Assembly (NCBI GenBank): GCA_030248215.1
Contig: JASANG010003752.1
Coordinates: forward strand, 682,001-746,000
DNA: 64,000 nucleotides
Origin: Enoplolaimus lenunculus
Taxonomy: Eukaryota
Reading direction: 5' to 3'
A program made the position numbers and the translations under genes. Shown here one piece after another: positions 51,201-62,720 of this stretch (within the stretch, counting starts at the first letter, position 1; each line of letters begins with the position of its first letter). The notes under the pieces are model-generated. The model was not told the origin of the DNA, did not search any database, and saw only the letters and a list, made by a program, of their open reading frames with translations.

Positions 51201-53138
51201 GCCGTGGTGATCTGTACTGTTTCGGAGAGAGGCTGTCTGTATTCGGGATTTTTCACTTTTTACGCCTCGTTTAATGATATGGGGTTTAGGCTCAGGCTCA
51301 TGTTTAGGTGAAGGCTTAGCGGGAGACTTCAGACTTGGTGCCGATATTTTTGTCGGTCTTTGGTGGCTCTTGTACAATTCCCCTGCAGTCTTTGGAAAAG
51401 TTTCAGGGTTTGACATCGCTTTAAGATTTCGGCTTAAAAAGTTTGTTATGGTGATATACAAAGGTCGTCGATAGCAGCCACAAGTGGCGAAAATATAAAA
51501 TAACTTGTGTTTACAATTTCACAATACATATCTGCCAGGCGTGGGCAATGTATAGCAATGAACCTTGACAGCAGTATAAGCATATTCATAAGCCTAAGCC
51601 TAAGCTTATGAATGAGCTTATACCTAAGCCTAAGCCTAAGCTAAGCAAAATAATTGGTTTGAACAGTAAGCTTACTATATTACTGTCCCAGAGAAAAACG
51701 TTCCGCCCGTGTTCTTTACACGGGTCCAGGGGTGTATTTAAGAAAGACAAAAGAAAAACTATTTAGCAAGATTTAGAATAAACATTCTGGAATATAGAGC
51801 TTACAAACTTATACTTATGCATTAGGTTATACCCTTATACGATCTTGAACTGACATCCTATCTTCCGCCCTGATATCTGCAGGTCGCACCCGCAGAAATA
51901 GAAGACATATTGCTGGGACATCCGCAAGTTGGCGGCGCAGCTGTAATTGGTATTCCAGACGAAAGATCAGGAGAAGTTCCAAAAGCTTTTGTTGTACGAA
52001 AGTCTCAAAATGTTACTGAAAAACAGTTGATAGATTTTGTTTCAAGTGAGCTGTAAAAAGCTGTGTTTGCAGCTTAAAATAAATAACTAAATTAGTACTT
52101 GAATTCTTTGTTCAATGGGGCCCATGTTACTTTAAGTGGCGTCCAGGTTTCTGGTAGGTCTATAAAAGAGTAGGTTTAGATTCTAGATTACATTTTTTTG
52201 CTTAGACTTAGGCTTAGGCTTACGCTTAGGCTTAGGCTTAGGAATTCGTTTTTGCAACGCTTAGGCTTAGGAATACGCTTAATCTGCAGTTACGCCCCTT
52301 AAAGTAACATTGGCCGTTCAATGTATAAAAAGATGCGTAACAGTATTATAAGCCTGAGCCAAAGAGTAAGAATGAGCTTATATATAAGCCTAAGCATTAA
52401 AATTGGGACCAACGTAAAAAACAAGGGCGGAACAGTTTTATAAGCATATTCCTAAGCTTAAGCCGAAGCCTAAGCCTAAACATAAGCGCTATAATGAGCA
52501 TATTCCGAACCCTAAGCCTAAGCCTAAGCCTAGGTCTAAGCCAAGAAAAAAATTAGTCTAAAGTTTAAACTTACTCTATTCTAGTCCCACAGAAAAACTC
52601 TCCGCCCCTGATCTTTACATGGACCAAAATTGGTATAAAGCTTAAGCGTTACTCTACTACAATTCCGTAGAAAAACGTTCTTCCTCTGATCGGTACATGG
52701 GCCAATTTTTTAACACAAAATGGAAATCGCACAAAATTAAAAAGCGCAGTTTTGCGTTTGTGGCGACTATACTCACCAACGATAATCTTTATTTTACGAA
52801 ATGCACTTCGTAAGACGCAAGAAAAATTCGAATTCGTGTTGCAACTTCGCCATATTTGTCATCCATTTGGCTAGAAAACCGCATTACGAGCTTCCAGATG
52901 GACTATTTGCATCGCAAAATTTCCAGCCAAACAGGGGCTGGTTGATGATTACAATTCCCACCGAATCTGTCACTGCTTTATATCGCAAACGATTGTTATT
53001 TCAGAACAAGTGGCACCGTTCAAAAGGTTAAAAGCGGTCGAATTTGTTTCCGAAATACCACGCTTGCCAACTGGAAAAATTTTGCGGCGTCACTTGAGAG
53101 ACAAAGAACGAGCAAAAATGACAAAATCAAAGTTATAA
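42242..53138 (+). CDS. Peroxisomal acyl-CoA synthetase, 4-coumarate-CoA ligase/luciferase-like (ANL superfamily; 11 exons, 541 aa)
   Basis: Exons 42242-42343, 43120-43327, 44292-44401, 44604-44836, 45988-46159, 47481-47655, 48207-48307, 49183-49327, 50816-50898, 51883-52045 and 53005-53138 (1626 nt, phases consistent). Motifs: [51 protein letters not shown], and a C-terminal SKL (PTS1). Confidence 0.93.
42407..42832 (+). mobile_element. ~430-bp MITE family C (TA TSD; pogo/Tc1-like)
   Basis: TA|ctgtagtgacccgaataagagggggg ... ccccctcttattcgggtcactacag|TA. Other copies are at 43764-44194, 61070-61516, 62933-63294 (reverse) and a degenerate one at ~22962-23371. Confidence 0.85.
46904..47018 (+). 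repeat. Perfect 57-bp tandem duplication in acyl-CoA synthetase intron 5
   Basis: tttacacctctgatggctcctatggctagttcataacaggttttcaaacaaaccgac occurs at 46904 and at 46961. Confidence 0.9.
49426..49576 (+). pseudogene. Degenerate tandem duplicate (pseudo-exon) of the 3' part of acyl-CoA synthetase exon 8 plus its donor site
   Basis: Aligns with 49231-49386 (gaaatttggacgc...gatatttaaatcgtccaaa...acaggtacga...cttggtgacagtgg..ccatattttgaaa) with indels. The exon-8 acceptor is not included in the duplicate. Confidence 0.85.
52118..52703. mobile_element. Stack of three TTAGGC-MITEs (one nested) in acyl-CoA synthetase intron 10
   Basis: 52118-52315 is subfamily 2 (+). ~52324-52703 is subfamily 1 (-), interrupted by 52407-52625, which has a perfect TSD aaaattgg. 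Confidence 0.8.
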
Positions 53139-54600
53139 ATTCGGCAATTACATCCTAAATACTGACTGTTTTAATTATATTAATTGTTATAATGGCACAT
53201 GTTACTTTAAGGGGCGTCCAGGTTTCTGGTATTAGTTCCTAAATACTGCCTGTTTTAATTATTTAAATAACAGTTTTCGTTGCATAAACTTAAATTTGTT
53301 TCATTATATTGTTATAATGGACCATGTTACTTTAAGGGGCGTCCAGGTTTGTGGTGAGTCTAAAAGAGTAGGTTTAGATTCTAGATTATATTTTTTGCTT
53401 AGACTTAGGCCTAGGCTTAGGCTTAGGAACACATTTTTGCAACGCTTAAGCATAGGCTTAGGCTTAGGAATACGTTTAATCTACTGTTACGCCCTTTAAA
53501 GTAACATATAATTAACTTATTAAATAAAAGTTTTTGGTTTAGTTCCGGGTAGATTTCTAATGGGAGACACCGCACAATATATATGAGTAAAAAAACTCGC
53601 GAGCGACACGAACGATAAAGCAAACGCAATTTCAGTGCGAAATCATAACAACAAATTCGGTTTTGACCTCTGCTGGGTTGTACTATGCCATGTGATCCAC
53701 CCTTGGGTCTATCTGTAAAATTTGACAAACGGAACCAATGAATCATTGTGACTGGGATGTAGTGAAAATTGTGTTTTTCGAACAATCTTTCCGTTTCGCA
53801 ATGGCCATGCGTTCAGTACAAGTAATTATATTTTGCTTACAGTTTAATAATACCAAAACATCGATTTGCGAAACGCAAACTAATGCAGGTTGTCCGGGCT
53901 CTTTTTCCTGATGATTTTCGAAATTTTCCGATTTTCACCTAACTTAAGAGCTTAACATTTAAGCTTTGGTTTAGGCTTAATTAAAGCTTAAACTTAAGTT
54001 TGTGGGAAATGAACGTATGCCCAAATTCGTTTTACAGTGCCATCTCACAGTAGAAAACTTAAAGTTGAAGGTTTTAAGGAGAGTGTTTACTGTAAAAAAT
54101 GGGGAGTCAAATTGACCCTCTCGGAAATAGGCTTTTCCTGACTGCACAAACTGAATCAAATTTGACTCCGCCAGCGTCAAATTGGACTCACTGCGCGATT
54201 CAGTGAATCGAATTTGACTGTGGCGGAGTCAAATTTGACTCAGTTTGTGCAGTCAGGAAAAGCCTATTTCCTATAGAGTCAATTTGACTCCCCATTTTTT
54301 ACAATGGTTAAAAATTAAAAAGTCAAAATTGAAAATTTTTAGTTTCTGCATTTTTATACCACGAAATGTTATAACAACGTTAATAAGCGTTTTTTGAAAC
54401 CTAATTCTTCTGTTAACAAATGAATAAACCAAAAGAAACCTAAAAGAAACAGGTTCAGGGCCATTTTTGCCACCTTTAATTATTGACAGAAAAAATTCTT
54501 GTTTGTAAAATTATTCTCGTTTTCTCCATTGTCTCGCAGATCTCTCGCCACTAATAATTCCTGCTTGTGGGTCGGAAATGTTTTTGTATTTAGATTTTAA

Positions 54601-55180
54601 ACCCAATGTATTATACAAGACCGTAACAGTAGTATAAACATATTCCTAAAGCCTAAGCCTAAGCGTAAGCCTAAGCCACGCCTAAGCCTAAGCAAAAAAA
54701 TTAGTCTACAGCTTAAACTGACTCTGTTATAGACCCTCCGGAAAACGATCCGGCATGTTCTATACATACATGGCCCGGTGTATTGATACGTGGGCTTAGC
54801 GTAGGTTTAAGCATAGAAACATACTTGTACTGCTGTTACGGCCCTGTTCTTTACATTGGCCCATCTTCGTGTATTCATTGCAGTCTTGGTTGTATTTTAG
54901 TGTAGACATGGACGCAGGCAGGTATGTGTGCAAGGGGGGCAACTGCACAGCCTCTGGGTACCCTAAGGCAATTTTTTATGAACCAAAGAATAAGAGAATT
55001 ATACGTTACATTACTTAGACAATAGTGTATCAATCATTATTTGGGTCTTGGACCCCATTGGCACACTATAACGATTATTCTGGAGGTGTCCAAAATTGTA
55101 AGTTTGCTTATGGTGAACGGAAGCAGCCGGCTCAATACAGACCCGTAGCCAGTTTTTTACTATGGGTTCTGAACATTTTT
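54601..55180 (-). repeat. Right arm of the ~600-bp inverted duplication
   Basis: For example, ggcccatcttcgtgtattcattgcagtcttggttgtattttagtgtagacatggacgcaggcaggtatgtgtgcaa is the near-exact reverse complement of ~39523-39597. Confidence 0.88.
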
Positions 55181-55559
55181 CAGTATGGCATACAAAAAGC
55201 CTAAAAGCAAAAAATATAACTAAAGCTTAGGCTTACTCAATGGTATTCCTGCAGAAAAACGTTCCGACTTTGATCTTTACACGGCCGATTTTGAGCCCAC
55301 ATCATTCAGTTAATTTGCAAGCTAATACGTATTGATTTATTAGTCTATTACTACAAATAAAATAATGTATTGAATTCCATGAAATTTAGCTAAACTACGA
55401 CTATAATGCTAATGAACCACTCGTCCATGAGAATGTTGCTTATCGGATGCTTGCCGCGGCGTTTCTGAACAATTGTCTGTGAGGGTGAACATTGATTTGC
55501 GAATATTCGCGAAATTGTTCAGAAATTTTTCAGCTGGGCCAATTCCGGCAGGAAAAATT

Positions 55560-55914
55560 GGCTGGGTTTACAAAACCCTACTTAAATACAACTTAGTACT
55601 TAAGTTCGTGCTAAATATTTACTTAACCATTTTATCGTTTTTAAAAGCGTACTTAAGTTAAGCTAATACTTAAGTCGCTGACTAAATTTGATATGTTACA
55701 AAGTAATCGTTGAGCATACTAATCTTGGTATAATTGAAATTGTAGACTTGTTAAATTTGCTTAATATAAAGCAAAATTATTACTTCCTTGTTATGACAAT
55801 AGCTCACATACACTTTTGTTTGTTTTTGCTCAAAAAGTTAAGCAATTACTTAAATAGGTAACTTAAGTAATTACTTACTTAAGTATAACTTAAGTAAGAT
55901 TTCGGAAACCCAGC
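55560..55914 (+). mobile_element. MITE family F (ggctgggttt...aaacccagcc), rich in acttaagt
   Basis: Inverted termini; a diverged copy in the opposite orientation lies at ~37339-37706. Confidence 0.7.
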
Positions 55915-57416
55915 CATTGTTTCGCAAAATACCCTAATATTTTCGAAAATTTTATGTCATGTTTAAGAAAATGGTTTGGCAAAACAATGTTGTCAACATA
56001 AAAGCACGTTTACGTGATTATCTTTTGACTGCAAATCCTGCCCGTTTCAAATATTGGCTAATATTACAAAAATCCAAAAAATTGCTGGTATGACTGCAAA
56101 TTGAACCAAAATATGGTTGCGGGTTTCAAGTTTGCATATTGTCAACTGCATTTTTTAACTACTTTTGTACACTTTAGTGTCATTTGCCCTGTAAATTCCA
56201 GTGAGTTGATTTTAACTCAGAATGAGTTGAATCCACTCAAAAGCCTGAGCTTTGAATTAGGTCTCGCAGAACTCAGAATTCTGAATTGATTGAGCTCGTT
56301 CTGAGGTAATCAATCAACTCACCCGGAATTAAATCCGCTCACAGTGAGCTACCAACATTTACTGTTATTAACTCAGGAATAACCAGAAATAACTAATTGT
56401 CTCTGAGCTGATTATTCAACTCACTGGAATTTCCAGTGTACGCTTAGACTTATAAGTCTTAGCAAAATCCTTACATATGTCTAAGTCTAAACGTTTTCTT
56501 AAGCCTATGTCTAAAAACCTAAGCATATTTCTATCCCGAAGGGTTTCGTCATACTTTTTTGTGCCGCGGGGCGTAACGCATTCACAAACAAAAATATATT
56601 TTAAATCCGGAGCTAGGCACCGCCGCCAATATAAGGCACCGCATGGCGAGTATTGCGCAGTTCTTAGCCTTAACCTTTAATGTAGATGGAAGTGTACGAA
56701 AACGCCTTATTTTTGACCCACTCAAAATTAAGGTCAGGGCCCATATTCTCAAATGCATACAGCACCTATCAACAGTTAGTAATAGGATTTCAAACTAACG
56801 AACTGGTGCAATTAATACAGATCTCAAAATTCTGCAATCTTATCCTTATTTTAATACCGAAAACGTTGGAGTCAACATTTTCGCAATTGTCGATACCAGA
56901 ATTGTTCACATACTTACAGTAATCAGGGCGAGGCCAGCATTTTCTAATTTAAGCTACATTTATTGTCATTTTTCGCAGCAAAACTTCAACTTTCAAACTG
57001 CGCGAGAGTGTATGCTAAAGCTGTGACTGACACAAATTTTCGCATTCTTTACTGACGCAGCTGTAGAATATTGTTGCGAAATTTCGTAGCAGTCACAGTG
57101 TGCCATAGGCTATCGTTCACTTTGCTCACATTTACGCTCAGGCTTATACTGCAAAAAATGGTGAGTCAAATTGACTCTCTCCAAAATAGGCTTTTCCTGA
57201 CTACACAAACTTAGTCAAAATTCGACTCCGCCAGAGTCAAATTGAGTGACCATTTTTTGCAGTGTAAAGGTTTAGGAACACATTTCCATACGACTAAAGC
57301 AGAAGCCTTTAAATTCACTACTATATTTCGGTTGTTTGATAACCTATTCTACAATGCGGCGGCAAGCATTCCATGTGAGAATAATTGCTCTGTTGTTGAA
57401 ACTGAGACAAATCGCG

Positions 57417-60400
57417 CTATCCTTGATAAATCAGTTCGTGTTCGTCAGCGGTGTTTGCGTGTCGGTGTGAAAAGAACAACTTATGCGGACACGGCATCAC
57501 AGTAAGACCTTTGAATTCACCTTTCAACGGATGATAATCGAACGAAGTTAAGTCGAGTTGAACGCTCATTCGACTCATCAAATAAACAACAAATAAAAAC
57601 ACTTGATTTTTGGCCAATTGTTCACCAGGGCAACGACGCTTTCCGTTTCCAAACGAGACAGTTTTTTCAGACATTTCTTGATCGAATGTGCCATCATCGC
57701 GTAGAAATCGTTCGGGTTTGAATGCATCTGTAAATATAAACGTTCTCGTATTAACGTTTTTGGTGTCAATTTCGGCACTTGTTTGCGTTCCCACACAAAC
57801 AGTTTCCGCGCACATATTGATTATAGACTGAAGCTTTAACCCCTTCTCACATTGAGTTGCCTATAGGCAACTAAGCGCAGTGTATATGCGTTAAATAATG
57901 TATATCGCACTGTGTTTAACAATTGCAACACGTATTCATAGTAGTAAATCACCACAAGACGTGGCAGCCTTCTCGGGCTCGAGCGTCAAGCTCCTATAGC
58001 TGAGTGGTGATGGTATACGCCTCCCACGCCAGTCACCCGAGTTCGAATCCTAGCATAAAAGTAGGTCTCAGGGGAAATAGAAAATATTCATGTGAGAAAG
58101 GGTTAAGGGAAGGATTGCTACCCTCGCCATTGTATAGAACAGGGCCGTAACAGTAGTGTAACCACCACTCCAAAGTTTAAGCCAGACAGTGAAAATGAGC
58201 TGATATACATGACTAAGGCGGCTGAGCCTGATCCTAAGCCTAAGCAAAAATTAGTTTAACGCTTAGGCTTGCTTTAAAATTGTTCCACCTTTGATCTTTA
58301 CATTGGTCGTTGCCTTAAAAACGACTGTAGGGGGAAGTGAAAAGTACCCAGAATCCCAAGTAGCGGATTGCCAGAGGGCAACTGAAAGGCGTTGGTGTGT
58401 TCGCCCACGGACAGTGCCGGTGGGATTGTTGTATTTCATTTATATAAATGCTGAAAAATGTTTTATTGCTTTTACGCAGTTAAAGTCAACCAAACAAAAC
58501 AAATTTTATATTTTTGAGGTTTTCGGAGCAAATTTAGGAAGGATTGTACACAATATTCGAAATATGTACACTTTGACTAGTTCTATTTTGGTTTACTGTC
58601 GAGGCCCGTAGCCAGATCACCCTGCTAGGGTTGGCTAAAAAATTTTTTAGGTGCGGCATACAAAAGTTTTCGATTTGTATTTGTTTTTATATTACATATG
58701 CAAGGTCGAAAAACGTAATTCCTTATGTGCTGAATATGTTTGCATTTACCATACCATGGCCTGAGTATTAACAGAACTTGAAAAACGTTTGACAATTTTA
58801 ATTTTTGCCGTTTGCATTAGAGCGTTCCCTTGATTTTATTTCAAAATTATAAAAATATCTTATAAAAGGTCTTTACTAGCAAGCGTAACGAGCGAAAAAA
58901 TATTATTTTCACTTATAAAATCCAAGATGATCCTGAAAAAAACTGAACAGTGCTTTTTTCTTGTCTTTCCTGAAATTTTGAAGGGGGGGCATATCCGCAT
59001 TCTCGTCATGTATACGCCTCTGCAACTATAAAACACAACTTTACCGGGATCCGGAAATTCGCTTGGGTCGTGGTTGATTGCGTATTGATTAGCGACAACA
59101 ATCGAATTTTTAGGAACGGTATATCCGTCAATTTGAACGTCTTCAAATACACAATGTGGTAGCCCAAGTGCTACATTTGTCGCGTATCGCAATACTTCCG
59201 TCACTACTGCACGGCAATAATGTAGTTTGAAGAAATCATCCTGTATAACGGGGTGTGTTACTTTAAGGGCGCACTGTAAATTTCAGTGAGTTGATTTTAA
59301 CTCAGAATGAGTTGAATCACTCAGTCTGAGTTAGGACTTTCAGAACTCAGAAATTTCACTTGATTCAATTCATTCCGAATTAATTAATCAACTCACCCAG
59401 AGTCAACTCAACTCAGAATGAGGATTAACTCAACTCACAGTGAACTAATGTGTACTGATATTAATTCAGAAATAATCAACTCGCTAGCTGAATTGATTAA
59501 TCAACTCATTGGACATTACAGTGCGTCACGTTTTCCTGCCGGGCCCGCAGCCAAGGGAAAACCAGGGGGGCTTGGACCTCCTTGGAAACGTTTAGGCCCC
59601 CTCTAGGAAATTTTCAACTTGCTCTGTAAGTCATTCAAACCCTTTATATGCCCCTCCTTAAAATTTTACCCCCCCCCCCCCAGCATGGTGAGCTGGCTAC
59701 GGACCTGTTTACCGCACGACTGCAACATAGTAAACGGTTCTTGTATAACTTTCGTCCCAGGTTTAACGTCAAGGTTTCGGTGAAGGCTCAGGCATAAAGG
59801 ATAACGCTTGGGCATAAGTAAACCCTATCGTAAACCTACACGTAAACCTAAGCCCATAGCGTGTGAAAGGAGGTGTATAAAAGAGCCGATTCAATTTTTT
59901 GGTTAGGTTTTGGTTTACTGTTGCGCTAATACACCGAGTTAATTGCAAAATTTTACACATTTTTCGATTTCGCCAGGGTGCAAATTAGTGGACCTGATAC
60001 CTGTTACAGCGCTTGCTTTTCTTAAAAATTCAAGGAATGACCCATTTTTTCAAAAAAATTATTGCTGATTGTAACTGTATGAAAGCACCTTAATTGTTGG
60101 TTTTCCTGGTACAGTTATTTTTTGATCGATTTCTTCCTGGACTTTCTTTTGAACTTTTGGATAACACGCTAAAAATACAGATATATGTATGTATATATGT
60201 ATGTTATGTATGTATGCAAGTATACCTACAAATAATTCATAGTATATAAAAATACAGCTTTCTGGCAAATCAGATTTACGCGTTCAGTTTAACATAGGAC
60301 CTAAACCATCAAACTGACTGATATACAAACCTCAGTGTCAATAAAACTGTAACTAGCGGATTATGTTAATTTTGTGCTTCAAATGTTATAACGCTATAGC

Positions 60401-62720
60401 CGATATTCTCAAATGCGTGTAGCACCTATTACCAATAAGTGTTATGTGGTGAAATTGACCAATTCTGGTGATTGCGGATCTTCAGATAGGCACAGTAGTC
60501 AAAGAAACTAAATGCAACAACTGTGCGAAATTTTACAGGTTCGATAGCTGCGTGATCTTTTGTCACCAACCGATGATAGGTGGTATGTTAATTCAATAAG
60601 GCAGTCAAGTAAAAGGTTAATTCGATAAGTTATATCAAGAGTGGATGATCACTCTGCATCCCAAGCTTTTTAGGGGCGAGTATGCTATCATAATACTTGG
60701 TACACCTCCTTTAAATAGGTAGGTTCAATTTCCTAGAGAGCAACATCCATACCAAACTGCATACAGACCCTCTGAACAAGGGGATGAGTAGGCCAAAACG
60801 CAACGTGCGCTGAGTGCAATCTCTTGTACACAGAATATATACCCAGTTGCATACTTGATTTATCATCCACTCCTGGTTATCGTTTACCTAAAATTACCAG
60901 TGACCATTCGATATTTTCTGCAGTTGTAAAAAAACCAGCATCAAATATTTCAACCACTGCGTTCAAAATATCTTCGTTTGTTATTTTGCTAAAATTAAAA
61001 GTAGCTATGTAACTGTCATTAATTTAATAGAAGTATGACTGAAAAATCATTATTTGCCGTTGAAATACACTGTAGTGGCCCGAATAAGCGGGGGGACTGA
61101 TAATTATTTGGCCTCTCCACAGGGTACCCCCTTGTTATTCTGTTACGGACTGTTATTTATTTTTAGCCCACGCTCCGCCGCCATTTGTTACTGATATATC
61201 CGGTACTGCAATTATCCGTTGAATTAAACGTTTATTTGTCTTGTGTCAATGCCTTGAGCGATAATACAAGGTTACACTTAGGAATGTACTTTCAAAATTT
61301 AAGTACGCTTTAAAGTTTCGACCTCAAATTATTTGGTCCTGGAGTCATTTAATATGCGCTACAATTAGGGTTAATTGCCATTTATGGACTCTAATTAGGT
61401 TTTAGGGACTTTATCCGCTTACGGACTCTTATTAGAAATACGGACTCCAATTGATTCGGACTCAAAATGGGGACCCCCTCTTATTACCCCTCCCCCTCTT
61501 ATTCGGGTCAATACAGTATGAACTGATAATTTTGAGAACCACTGGACAAAAATTTCAAATGGCGGTTTGCCCCAAAACCCCCGTCCCCGGCTACACTCTT
61601 CATATGGAGGTTGTGCATACCAAATAAATTGTCTTGCATTCAAGAAATATTGTGTGAAATTTAAGACAATTATGTTTTGATACAGACTCCAGACATATAT
61701 GTATAGAATTAAAAACTTTTATTTCATAAATTTTTCAGAAATATTGTCTAAAACTTTTCACACTTCAATTTCTTGAATTTAACACTTTGTTTTATGAAGG
61801 TTTAAGAAACATATTTTTGAAATATAAGACAAATATTTCTGAAATACAAGACAAACATGTCTTTTAAATAAAATACAGAAATTTGCCATGGAAGCCGACT
61901 CAAAAATTGGGGGCTAAACTTAACCAAATACCCCAATTTTACAACCTAAGATACGTCCAAGACGTAAACTTAGGTTTGGGGGAGCCTGAGCTCGACCCGA
62001 AATATCTTTGAAATTCGATTATTTATATACTCTCTTAAGAATATAAACGGAGTAACTTTTTACATGCATAAAAATCAGAAAATAAATTCTTGAATATAAG
62101 ACAACTGCTTCTTGAAAGAAAGGAACTTGTGTCTTATAAATTGGCAATAACAATTTCTTGAATATAAGAATTTATGTGTTATCCATTTAAGAAACGAATT
62201 TCTAAGCTGTTTAAGGCTATTAATGTGTGAAATACAAGACATTTATGACTTAAAAATTTAAGAAAGTAGGAGTCTTGAAATTTTAAGACAATTTATTCTG
62301 TGTGTGAGGTGAAACTTACGCGGTGGCTTTTTCTTGTTCAGTAAACTCGTTGATACATTTATAAATTGTATCGGCAATTGTTTTAGCTTGTTCGCCTTCA
62401 CGGTAGATGTGTTTTCGCATTTCAGCGCGAACATGCTGAACAAACGCGGACGTCGATCGATAAAATGTTTGAAGCGTTGATGAATAAAGTTTTTCGAGCG
62501 GCGGATAAACTTCAACCGCGTACGCTTTTTCGTAGCACGCGAAAAATGTTTCAATTAAATCGATCAGTTTGTCGTGCAACAGATCGTCAGGGTCAGGACT
62601 TGCGCCGAACGTTACCGATGTCATCATGGCGCCAGTGCAACGAACGAGTGGCGCTTTTGTTGTTACCGAAACGCCTTCAGCAATTGATTTATTAAGTTGT
62701 TTGCACAGCCATTCGCCAAC
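57417..62720 (-). CDS. Cytochrome P450, clan 2-like; five 3' exons (5' exons not found in window)
   Basis: Minus-strand exons 62720-62320, 60988-60888, 60168-60089, 59240-59045 and 57727-57417 with consistent phases. I-helix EIFDAGFFTTA, K-helix EVLR, PERF, and heme motif FGNGKRRCPG are present. Confidence 0.92.
57840..58102 (+). mobile_element. piggyBac-like MITE containing a tRNA-like A/B-box cassette
   Basis: TTAA|ccccttctcacattga ... tcatgtgagaaaggg|TTAA, with internal tagctgagtgg (A box) and gagttcgaatcc (B box). Confidence 0.7.
59272..59523 (+). mobile_element. MITE family B (cactgtaa..cagtgagttgatt...aatcaactcactg..cagtg)
   Basis: Inverted termini; other copies at ~35707-35940 and ~56187-56438. 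Confidence 0.75.
61070..61516 (+). mobile_element. MITE family C copy in a P450 intron
   Basis: Same TIRs and internal sequence as 42407-42832. Confidence 0.8.
61616..62305. mobile_element. AT-rich element with aataaattgtctt/aagacaatttatt termini and internal ttcttgaa..aagacaa repeats
   Basis: Imperfect terminal inverted repeats plus many internal degenerate repeats. Confidence 0.5.

Noticed and set aside
42242..53138. Bona fide luciferase
   Set aside because: The motifs are shared by all 4CL-like acyl-CoA synthetases; nothing in the sequence shows light-emitting activity.
57989..58053. tRNA gene
   Set aside because: A and B boxes are present, but I could not form an acceptor stem or a clean anticodon arm, and it lies inside a TTAA-bounded repeat.
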